Of a stretch of 61,237 nucleotides of DNA, positions 1 through 8,004 are shown one piece after another. Numbering within the stretch: the first letter of the stretch is position 1; each line of letters starts with the position of its first letter. The notes beneath the pieces were generated by a model. That model made no database searches, was not told the origin of the DNA, and worked only from the letters and a program-made list of their open reading frames with translations. The translations under genes were made by a program, and so were the position numbers. This DNA comes from an uncultured Bacteroidales bacterium (GTDB taxonomy: Bacteria; Bacteroidota; Bacteroidia; Bacteroidales; UBA12077), in the NCBI GenBank assembly GCA_964606845.1, contig CAZSIC010000005.1, positions 1 through 61,237 of the forward strand, written 5' to 3'.

Positions 1-1
1 T

Positions 2-535
2 AAAAAGTTGTGTAAAGAAGTTGACCAAATAAATGAAGAAGCCAGATACTTAAAACAATCGGTTCATTTTACCCTTGAAAAACTTTATGAAGAAGAAGCT
101 GAAACAGGACACTATTATGTTCAGGTTATTGATTATTTAAGAGAGGTGGCTCATGCCCTTACCTTCATCTCTAATCCAAGCTACGAACATATCGATAATC
201 ATCATAAAGGTTTAATAAAGGCTCAGGTTGATGAGTTAAATGAGTTAAGAGATGGTAGTACTGAATTGTTTGATTTAATTATTAATACCATTGAAAATAA
301 TTCATTTGAAAGTATCCCTGATTTAATTGAAAAGCAACAGGGTATTTTAAGTAAAATTAAAGCATCACGTAAAAAACAAGTAAAGCGTATTAAGCATCAG
401 GAATCTGGAACAAGAATTAGTATCTTGTATCTTGGAATATTAAATGAGATGAAAAACTTCCTGCTTCAATCGATAAACCTTGTGAAAGCACAGCGTGATT
501 TTGTTGAATTTCAATTAAATAACCATAATAAATAG
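2..535 (+). CDS. Na/Pi-cotransporter family protein, C-terminal PhoU-like helical tail (5' end lies outside the window)
   Basis: The reading frame stays open to the window edge (AAA AAG precede the listed TTG). The charged, all-helical tail resembles the PhoU-like C-terminus of NptA/YjbB-type transporters. A strong terminator hairpin follows. Confidence 0.5.
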   Translation, partial: KKLCKEVDQINEEARYLKQSVHFTLEKLYEEEAETGHYYVQVIDYLREVAHALTFISNPSYEHIDNHHKGLIKAQVDELNELRDGSTELFDLIINTIENNSFESIPDLIEKQQGILSKIKASRKKQVKRIKHQESGTRISILYLGILNEMKNFLLQSINLVKAQRDFVEFQLNNHNK

Positions 536-554
536 TAAAGATACAGAATAATAT

Positions 555-586
555 AAAGGCTCGATTTTTAATATCGAGCCTTTTTT
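555..586. terminator. Bidirectional rho-independent terminator between convergent genes
   Basis: 8-bp stem GGCTCGAT (558-565) / ATCGAGCC (573-580) with a 7-nt loop. An A-run lies upstream and a T6 run downstream. Confidence 0.7.
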
Positions 587-612
587 ATGTAAATTTATTT
601 TGAGTTTAAATG

Positions 613-1308
613 CTAGTCTACAAACTTATAGCCAACTCCTTTGATCGTTTTGATATGTTCTTCGCCAATTTTTTCTCTTAATTTCCTAATATGAACGTCA
701 ATGGTTCTGTCTCCTACAATAATATTATCTCCCCATATTGTGCTGAAAATTTCGTCGCGTGTAAATACCCTGTCGGGTTTTGATATTAAAAGTACTAATA
801 ATTCAAATTCTTTTTTGGGCAGAATTAATTCCTTTCCATCTTTTATCACAATATATTTTTCTCTGTCAATAACCAGGTTCGATTGTTTAATTATTAAATC
901 ATCACTTGATTTTTCTTCAGTTGTTGGTTTAAATCTTTTTAATAGAGCTTTAATCCGGCTAATCAAAACTTTTGGTTTTACTGGTTTAGCGATGTAATCA
1001 TCACCACCGGCTTCGAAACCTGCAATCTGAGAGTAATCTTCGCCACGAGCTGTTAAAAAGGCAATAATTGTGTTTTGTAGTTTTTTATCCTGACGCATGA
1101 TTTCACAAGTTTCTATCCCATCCATTTCCGGCATCATTACGTCAAGTAAAATTAGATGAGGCGTTATTCTTTTGGCAATTTCTATGCCTTCCTTACCATT
1201 ATTTGCTGTATGAACTTCAAATCCATCTTTGTTAATGTTATAACTTAAAAACTCAAGGATATCAGATTCATCATCTACCAACAAGATTTTAAAATTTTTA
1301 TTATCCAT
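613..1308 (-). CDS. OmpR/PhoB-family two-component response regulator (REC + winged-helix DNA-binding domain)
   Basis: Receiver motifs 'ILLVDDE' and 'LILLDVMMPEMDG', then 'AKPVKPKVL'. The C-terminal winged helix has 'TRDEI...VWG...RTIDVHIRKLREK...I.TIKGVGYKF'. No cognate kinase lies adjacent. Confidence 0.9.
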   Translation of the reverse strand: MDNKNFKILLVDDESDILEFLSYNINKDGFEVHTANNGKEGIEIAKRITPHLILLDVMMPEMDGIETCEIMRQDKKLQNTIIAFLTARGEDYSQIAGFEAGGDDYIAKPVKPKVLISRIKALLKRFKPTTEEKSSDDLIIKQSNLVIDREKYIVIKDGKELILPKKEFELLVLLISKPDRVFTRDEIFSTIWGDNIIVGDRTIDVHIRKLREKIGEEHIKTIKGVGYKFVD

Positions 1309-1326
1309 TATTTATTTGGTTTTAAG

Positions 1327-1352
1327 TAAAATACAATTGGCTAAAATACAAT
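1327..1352. promoter_or_regulatory. Perfect 11-nt direct repeat TAAAATACAAT (x2, 4-nt spacer) in the divergent regulator/lipoprotein promoter region
   Basis: Copies lie at 1327-1337 and 1342-1352, 19 nt upstream of the response-regulator start codon. OmpR-family regulators bind direct repeats, but the 15-nt phasing here is atypical. Confidence 0.3.
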
Positions 1353-1547
1353 ATTCTTTCTTACTCAACGGTAAAAAAATCTTAAATCAACTTTAAGTTA
1401 AAGTTAACAAATAAAATAATAATACTAAAATTTAATACAAGGATAAAAAACAGATAATATCATTTAACATTCGCTAATATTACTTTGCAGTGAAGTTAAA
1501 AATGAAATTTGAAAAACAACTTTTAATAAACCAAAATCAAAAACAAA

Positions 1548-2768
1548 ATGAAAAAACATTATTTAAAAGTAACAGCTGCCTTATTAGCAGCACTAACTAT
1601 CGGATTCACTTCTTGTGACGATGATGATGATGATAACAACGGAGATGACAACAATGACACAGGCAATGTAATTGTTTCTGCAAACATTACAAGTGATGAA
1701 ACCTGGACCAGCGATAAGGTGTATCAGCTTGGCGGACGTATTGCCGTTGAAGACGGTGCTACTTTAACCATTGAGGCAGGTACAATTATTAAAGGTGAAG
1801 CCGGAACCGGAGCCAGTGCAACAGCACTATTAGTTGCCCGGGGAGGAAAACTAATGGCAGAAGGTACAGCTAATGAACCTATCATTTTTACATCTGTAGC
1901 CGATGAAATTATGCCTGAAGACATTGCTGACGGAAATTTTGGAAGCCCGAACTTATTACCAACTATGGATGGATTATGGGGTGGAGTTATTGTACTGGGT
2001 AAAGCACCTATTTCTGCATCTGCCTCTGCAGTGCAGATCGAAGGTATTCCTACTTCCGATGCAAACGGATTATACGGAGGTACTGATCCCGCCGATAATT
2101 CAGGTGTAATCAAGTACATTTCAATCCGTCACGGAGGTGCCAATATTGGAGAAGGTAACGAAATCAACGGACTTTCACTTGGTGGTGTTGGAACAGGAAC
2201 AGTAATTGAAAATGTAGAAATTGTATCTAACCAGGATGATGGTATTGAATGGTTTGGCGGTACAGTAAATGTAAAAAATGCATTAGTATGGAATTGCTAT
2301 GATGATGCCATTGATGCTGACCAAATGTGGACAGGAACACTAGACAACTTTCTTATTATTACTTCTGGCGGACACCTTTTTGAATTAGACGGACCTGAAG
2401 GTACAGAAGGTGAAACCGGAGATTTTGCTCCTTACACAATAAAAAATGGATATGCTGTAGCCAATAGTGATGATATCACATCATCTGACCTTATTAATAC
2501 CGATGATAATACAGGTGTTAACTTCGATAACATCTTTATTACAGAAATCAATGAAGGACAAATTATCAACCGTGTTACTCATGATGTAGGTAATGTTGAA
2601 TTTAAAGATGTAGTTTTGGATGTACCTGCTGCAGACCTTGCTGATTATGTAAAGGATGGGGATGTACCCGCTGGTGTTAGTGCCGGTAGTGCTCCTGCTT
2701 CTGCCATTAATCTTTCTGTATTCGGATGGACATGGGCTGCAAGTGCTGGTGTAGTTCCCTCAAAATAA
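1548..2768 (+). CDS. Lipoprotein of unknown function, Gly/Thr/Ala-rich (beta-helix-like), probably surface-exposed partner of the downstream TonB-dependent receptor
   Basis: Signal peptide with lipobox 'GFTSC', followed directly by 'DDDDDDNNGDDNND'. The gene sits immediately upstream of the receptor gene on the same strand. Confidence 0.75.
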   Translation: MKKHYLKVTAALLAALTIGFTSCDDDDDDNNGDDNNDTGNVIVSANITSDETWTSDKVYQLGGRIAVEDGATLTIEAGTIIKGEAGTGASATALLVARGGKLMAEGTANEPIIFTSVADEIMPEDIADGNFGSPNLLPTMDGLWGGVIVLGKAPISASASAVQIEGIPTSDANGLYGGTDPADNSGVIKYISIRHGGANIGEGNEINGLSLGGVGTGTVIENVEIVSNQDDGIEWFGGTVNVKNALVWNCYDDAIDADQMWTGTLDNFLIITSGGHLFELDGPEGTEGETGDFAPYTIKNGYAVANSDDITSSDLINTDDNTGVNFDNIFITEINEGQIINRVTHDVGNVEFKDVVLDVPAADLADYVKDGDVPAGVSAGSAPASAINLSVFGWTWAASAGVVPSK

Positions 2769-2802
2769 TTTTAAAAGAGAACGTAAACTAAATAATATTC
2801 TA

Positions 2803-2839
2803 AATCAGACTTGCAAGCGACGTGTTTGCAAGTCTGATT
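2803..2839 (+). terminator. Strong intercistronic hairpin (attenuator or terminator) between the lipoprotein and TonB-dependent receptor genes
   Basis: Perfect 14-bp stem AATCAGACTTGCAA (2803-2816) / TTGCAAGTCTGATT (2826-2839) with a 9-nt loop. The downstream tract is only moderately T-rich. Confidence 0.5.
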
Positions 2840-2876
2840 AATTGTTTATATTAACTAAAACAAACGAAAAATAGTA

Positions 2877-5783
2877 ATGAAATACTTAGTAATTGTTTTT
2901 ATTCTTCTCCTTTCTTCTTTAACCTATGCTCAAAAAGGAACCATTAGAGGAACAGTATATGATGATAATACCGGAGAAACACTGGTTGGTGTAACTGTAT
3001 TATTAAAAGGGACTTATACAGGAACTATAACCGACCTGGATGGTAAATTTACATTGAAAGTTGATCCTGGTTCACATGACCTGCAACTATCCTTTATTTC
3101 TTACCAAACATTAACCCTTGAAGGTGTATCGGTTAAAGAAAACGAAGTTACCGTTTTGAATAATCTCAGCTTAAAAGAAACAAGCATCCAAATTAAAGAA
3201 GCTGTTGTTACTGCCTCAATTGTAAGAAACAATGAAGCCGCTATTCAAATTTTAAAAAAGCGTTCAACGACTATGCTGGATGGAATTTCTGCTGTTAAAA
3301 TGGATTTGATAGGCGATGGTACCGCAGTGGAAGCCGCTAAACGTGTTGTTGGGGTTACTGTTGAAGAAGGTAAATATGTATATGTAAGAGGATTGGGCGA
3401 CAGGTATTCAAAAACGACCCTGAATAGTGTTGATGTACCAGGACTGGATCCGGATAAAAATACACTGCAGTTAGACATTATTCCCACCAATCTTATTGAT
3501 AATATGATGATTAGTAAAAATTTTACTGCAGATTTACCTGCCGACTTTACAGGCGGCCTTATGAATATTGAAATCAAAGATTTTCCCGAACGGGAAATAT
3601 TCGATGTTTCATTAGGAACATCCTTTAATCCTGATATGCACTTTAATTCTGATTATCTTACATACGACGGTGGTTCTACCGATTTTTTAGGTTTTGATGA
3701 TGGTACAAGGGCTTTACCTTCCGGCGCCCGCCAATCCAATATTCCATCACCGATCAGTGGCCACTCGCAAGAAGAAGTTACCGATTTTATAAGTAGTTTC
3801 GACTCTCAATTGGGAGCAAAGCAACAAAATAGTTTTACCGATTTTAGTTTTAGCCTTTCTTTGGGAAATCAATTTGATTTGGATAAAAACAATGAAAATG
3901 CATCAGAATCGCCTAAGCTGGGATACATTTTTTCAGCATCCTATAAAAAAGATTACAAATACTTCGATAACGTTCAATATGGTGAATTCCAAAACCGGCT
4001 TGACCCGGATGTATATGAAATGAACTATGCAACTGTTCAAAACGGAACCCTTGGCGAAGAAAATGTTTTGGTAGGTTTGCTTGGTGGTTTAGCCTATAAA
4101 AATAAATTGAACAAATACCGCCTAACCATTATGCACCTGCAGAACGGCCAAAGCCGTGCCGGTATTTTTGATGTTGATGATAACGGTGCATCAACAGGCC
4201 AATCCGGGTATATAGGATTGTCTCATGTGCTGGAATACCACCAAAGGTCATTTACCAATGTATTATTAAATGGAAAACATGTGATTAATGAAACCGGTTG
4301 GGAAGTTGACTGGAGAATATCGCCAACTTTTTCCACTTTAAATGATCCGGATATTAGAAAAACAACTTTTGAAATCAATGAGAATAAAGATCCTGAATTT
4401 AATGCCGGTTCGGGAGGTTTTCCCTCAAGAAGGTGGAGGGAGTTAAATGAGCTTAACGCCACCGGAAAAATGGATGTTACCAAATCTTACAAATTTAATG
4501 ATGGCGAGGCTAAATTAAAATTTGGATTGGCTTATACTTATAAAACCCGTGATTATGAAATGCTTTCGTATACTGTGAAATTTTATGGCCCAGGCCGATC
4601 TTTTCCGGAAGCAGATCCCTCACTTATATTGGATCCGGGAAATTTTTATCCAAACATGCTTTACGGAATAGCATACCAAACAGATTTCAATGTTCCAAAT
4701 TCCAATGAGTATAATTCTAATGTACATAATACAGGTTTATATGTTTCTAATGAATTATACCTGCTAACCAATCTAAAAACTTCGCTTGGACTGAGAATGG
4801 AATACTATGTGCAACGACATACAGGTAGGGACATAAGTTATGCAAATGGTGATGTTGCAAATGGAAATAATCTTGAAGATGAAGTGGTATTGGAGTCATT
4901 AGATTTGTTCCCTGCTGTGAATTTGATATGGGAAGTAGCTAAAGAACAGAATCTCAGGGCATCTTATTCCAGAACCATTGCCCGTCCGTCGTTTAAGGAG
5001 ATGTCATACGCTCAAATTCTTGATCCTATCAGTGACCGTATTTATAACGGAAGCCTTTTTGAATATCCCGATTGGAACGGTAAATTAGTCGAAACCCGTA
5101 TAAACAATCTTGATATGAGATGGGAACATTTTTTTGAAGGAGGCCAAAATATTTCGGCAAGTGTGTTCTATAAAACTTTTGATAAGCCAATTGAACTGGT
5201 TCGTATTCCGGAGCAGCAAACCAGCACCGAGTATCAAACGAGAAATGTAGGCGATGGAATGCTTTATGGATTTGAATTTGAATTTAATAAAAGCCTTAAT
5301 TTTTTATCTCCCTTTATGAAGTCTTTTTCAGTTAATGGTAACATAACTTTAGTGGAGTCGCAAATTGAAATGACGGAAACAGAGTTTCAATCGAGAGAAA
5401 TTTACAAAAAAACCGGTGAAACCATTGAAGAAAAAAGACAAATGGCAGGACAGGCACCTTATGTTATCAATGCCGGAATTAGTTATAATAACAATGATAA
5501 CGGACTGAATGCAGGATTATTTTACAATGTAAAAGGACCTACTTTATTAGTTGTAGGTAGCGGATTATTTCCTGATATATACACCGATTCGTTTCATAGT
5601 TTAAATTTTAGTTTAAATAAAAAGTTTGGAGAAGAGAAAAATTCAACGCTGGAATTTAAGGTTTCAAATATTTTAAACGATACAAAGTATAGCTATTATA
5701 AATCATATCCTGAGGTAAAAGAAACATATGATTTTATCAATCCGGGGCGAACTTTCAGCCTGGGATTTAGTTATAAATTTTAG
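2877..5783 (+). CDS. TonB-dependent outer-membrane receptor with N-terminal carboxypeptidase-regulatory-like domain
   Basis: Signal peptide, then the CarboxypepD_reg motif 'GTIRGTVYDDNTGETLVGVTV...TDLDGKFTL'. A plug region follows ('YVYVRGLGDRYS'). The C-terminal barrel ends in 'FSLGFSYKF'. Confidence 0.9.
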   Translation: MKYLVIVFILLLSSLTYAQKGTIRGTVYDDNTGETLVGVTVLLKGTYTGTITDLDGKFTLKVDPGSHDLQLSFISYQTLTLEGVSVKENEVTVLNNLSLKETSIQIKEAVVTASIVRNNEAAIQILKKRSTTMLDGISAVKMDLIGDGTAVEAAKRVVGVTVEEGKYVYVRGLGDRYSKTTLNSVDVPGLDPDKNTLQLDIIPTNLIDNMMISKNFTADLPADFTGGLMNIEIKDFPEREIFDVSLGTSFNPDMHFNSDYLTYDGGSTDFLGFDDGTRALPSGARQSNIPSPISGHSQEEVTDFISSFDSQLGAKQQNSFTDFSFSLSLGNQFDLDKNNENASESPKLGYIFSASYKKDYKYFDNVQYGEFQNRLDPDVYEMNYATVQNGTLGEENVLVGLLGGLAYKNKLNKYRLTIMHLQNGQSRAGIFDVDDNGASTGQSGYIGLSHVLEYHQRSFTNVLLNGKHVINETGWEVDWRISPTFSTLNDPDIRKTTFEINENKDPEFNAGSGGFPSRRWRELNELNATGKMDVTKSYKFNDGEAKLKFGLAYTYKTRDYEMLSYTVKFYGPGRSFPEADPSLILDPGNFYPNMLYGIAYQTDFNVPNSNEYNSNVHNTGLYVSNELYLLTNLKTSLGLRMEYYVQRHTGRDISYANGDVANGNNLEDEVVLESLDLFPAVNLIWEVAKEQNLRASYSRTIARPSFKEMSYAQILDPISDRIYNGSLFEYPDWNGKLVETRINNLDMRWEHFFEGGQNISASVFYKTFDKPIELVRIPEQQTSTEYQTRNVGDGMLYGFEFEFNKSLNFLSPFMKSFSVNGNITLVESQIEMTETEFQSREIYKKTGETIEEKRQMAGQAPYVINAGISYNNNDNGLNAGLFYNVKGPTLLVVGSGLFPDIYTDSFHSLNFSLNKKFGEEKNSTLEFKVSNILNDTKYSYYKSYPEVKETYDFINPGRTFSLGFSYKF

Positions 5784-5927
5784 GATTTTTTTTTAAAAAA
5801 AAAATGGTCAAAAAAGCTGGTTTTTCTGCAAAAAATTTTGAAAAATAGCATTTGGCTGATTAGTGTAACGAAATAGCAATAAATCCGTATATTAGCTAAG
5901 TTTAAATATTAAATAATCAAAATAATT

Positions 5928-6398
5928 ATGAAAAAAATTACAATATATATCATCTTGTTTGTCATGCTCATAACCAATGTCCATGCCCAGAACCTAACTA
6001 AAAAAGATGGAAAGTACGTTGATGAAAAAAATGAGCTTTTTACCGGAATATATAAAGAGTTTTATGAAAATGGTAACTTGCACATAGAGATGAGCTTAAA
6101 AGAAGGTTTACAAGATGGATTTACAAATATCTATTTTAAAAACGGGACAAAAAACGAACAGCGATCATATAAAGAAGGAATAATTCACGGTACCTGGATA
6201 ACCTGGGATGAAAACAGTTTAAAAATAGCCGAAGCTAATTATGTTGATGGTAAAAAGCATGGCAAATGGTTTGTCTGGGATGAAGGTGGAACATTACGTT
6301 ATGAAATGCAATATACCCATGGTGAAAAATCAGGGATATGGAAAATGTACAATGAAGAAGGAGTTCTAATTAATGAAAAAAATTATTCGGAAGAATAA
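5928..6398 (+). CDS. MORN-repeat-variant protein (YwqK-like), secreted
   Basis: Signal peptide plus repeated 'G.y.e.Y.nG......y..G..hG' units ('GIYKEFYENGN', 'GFTNIYFKNGT', 'GTWITWDENS', 'GKWFVWDEGG', 'GIWKMYNEEG'). Confidence 0.75.
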   Translation: MKKITIYIILFVMLITNVHAQNLTKKDGKYVDEKNELFTGIYKEFYENGNLHIEMSLKEGLQDGFTNIYFKNGTKNEQRSYKEGIIHGTWITWDENSLKIAEANYVDGKKHGKWFVWDEGGTLRYEMQYTHGEKSGIWKMYNEEGVLINEKNYSEE

Positions 6399-6428
6399 TC
6401 ATTCAATGAATAATTTAATATAATTTAA

Positions 6429-6453
6429 AGCCTGTGTGTTGCAGGCTTTTTTT
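6429..6453. terminator. Rho-independent terminator between convergent genes
   Basis: 6-bp stem AGCCTG (6429-6434) / CAGGCT (6442-6447), followed by a T7 run and preceded by an A-run. Confidence 0.6.
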
Positions 6454-7150
6454 ATTGCAACTTATCAATTCTTAAAATCAAATTAGGATCAAGGCATAAA
6501 TCCATAAAATATTCTTTGGCTGATGGAGGAGCAACACCCGGAAAATCGCCTTCATTGCCAAGCATATCGGTAATAATCTGGAAGTGTAGGTGAGGAGGCC
6601 AGTTTCCGTTAACTACCTGATCGCCAACACGAGCTATTTCATCGCCTCTGCGAATTAATTTCCCTTTTTCGAGCCCTGTAATAGAATCAAGACTTAAATG
6701 TCCGTAAAGGGTATAAAATGCTACACCTTCAATTAAATGTTCCATAATTATTGTAGGGCCGTAATCGCCAAAAGTGGTATTATTTTTAAAGCTGTGAATA
6801 ATCCCTGGCAAAGGAGCATAAACAGGAGTATTCTCTTTAACCCAAATATCAGTTCCCAAATGAATGCTTCGTGGTTCGCCTTCTCCGTCGAAATGCTTAC
6901 TGCGTTTATAAACCAACCGGTCTTCTCCATATCCGCCTACACCAACTCCTTTTTTCTCTTCTTTTAATTTATTAAAAACATACTCATTAAAAGCATTTGT
7001 GTCACCAAGATCTATTTCATATAATTCACGATTATTGTCACTAAAATCAAAAACAAAAACATTTTCATCACTAAAATCTAAATCCATAATTTTAGAAATA
7101 AAATCACGATTTGCTTTTAGTATCTGAATAACTTTTGCACTTTTCTTCAT
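6452..7150 (-). CDS. M23-family metallopeptidase (peptidoglycan DD-endopeptidase-like)
   Basis: Motifs 'HLGTDIW' (HxxxD), 'YGHLS' and 'PHLHFQI' (HxH). Confidence 0.85.
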   Translation of the reverse strand: MKKSAKVIQILKANRDFISKIMDLDFSDENVFVFDFSDNNRELYEIDLGDTNAFNEYVFNKLKEEKKGVGVGGYGEDRLVYKRSKHFDGEGEPRSIHLGTDIWVKENTPVYAPLPGIIHSFKNNTTFGDYGPTIIMEHLIEGVAFYTLYGHLSLDSITGLEKGKLIRRGDEIARVGDQVVNGNWPPHLHFQIITDMLGNEGDFPGVAPPSAKEYFMDLCLDPNLILRIDKLQ

Positions 7151-7320
7151 ATCTTAAAATTTTTATGCAATATACAGAAAAAATGCAAAATTTTATAAAT
7201 GACTTGTGGTTTAGATTTTGAAGAATTTGTTTTGAAATAATGTTTTTAGATTGATAAAGTAAGACAAAAAGTTGTTGCTGAAGAAGATAATTGTTGAATG
7301 TTTTAATAAGTATAATTAAT

Positions 7321-7348
7321 AAAAAAAGCCGGGAAAATGAATCCCGGC
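7321..7348 (-). terminator. Rho-independent terminator of the 7372-7740 gene
   Basis: 7-bp stem GCCGGGA (7328-7334) / TCCCGGC (7342-7348). The A7 run at 7321-7327 reads as a U-run on the minus strand. Confidence 0.7.
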
Positions 7349-7371
7349 CTGGTATTTTTAGTGCTTAAAGT

Positions 7372-7740
7372 TTATTCTGAAATATTTTCAATGGCTAATT
7401 TTACTTTATTTGAATTTTCAAGCCTTACTTCGATATTTTCTTTTGTTTCTTTGTATGAAATATAAGAAGCTTTTAGTTCGTGATTTCCCGGTTTTAAATT
7501 TGCAATCTCAAAATTACCATCAAAATCAGTATATGTAGCTTTTTCTGTTCCATCAACCATTACCTTAACACCTACTAATGCTTCGCCTGTAATTTTATCA
7601 AAAACTTTACCTGAGATGGATGTTGTCATAACAGCGCTTTCAGATTTTTTTGCACTTTCTTTTTCTTCATTAGGGTTTTCTGCTAAAACCATTGCTGAAG
7701 AAAAAAAGATAATTAAGATTAATGTTGCTAAATTTTTCAT
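7372..7740 (-). CDS. Small secreted carboxypeptidase-regulatory-like (CarboxypepD_reg) domain protein
   Basis: Signal peptide plus 'ISGKVFDKITGEALVGVKVMVDGTEKATYTDFDGNFEI..LKPGNHEL..SYISY'. Confidence 0.75.
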   Translation of the reverse strand: MKNLATLILIIFFSSAMVLAENPNEEKESAKKSESAVMTTSISGKVFDKITGEALVGVKVMVDGTEKATYTDFDGNFEIANLKPGNHELKASYISYKETKENIEVRLENSNKVKLAIENISE

Positions 7741-8004
7741 TACTATATAATTTTTAATTTTTGCTTTTGTTTACATTACAAATGTATGGTTACTAGTTTA
7801 CGTCAATATTATGCCTGAATAACTATTTCGTTAATTTTATATTAAGTAAATGTTAAATGGATAGAAAAAAACTTATGAGCTGAAGTACACAATCTGTCTT
7901 CAGTAAGTATAAAGGCAGGTACAACCGTTAGCTCGATGATATTGTAAGTGATACCGGCAAAAAATTATAAAGAAAAAAGATGAACTCTGATAAAAAATAT
8001 TTAA

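Noticed and set aside
701-2119. Antisense or alternate-frame ORFs (701-997, 1724-2119, 1903-2109). Similar short ORFs lie inside other genes throughout the window, for example 3245-3577, 8973-9161, 10514-10843, 19299-19520, 25687-26043, 42070-42282 and 45605-45863.
   Set aside because: Each is nested within a longer ORF that has clear family motifs. All are short, compositionally odd, and lack any recognisable domain.
5786-5804. A T9-A10 homopolymer palindrome as a potential slipped-strand phase-variation switch
   Set aside because: It lies just downstream of the TonB-dependent receptor stop codon, not in a coding region or between -35/-10-type elements. It is more likely a weak A/T hairpin or terminator substitute.
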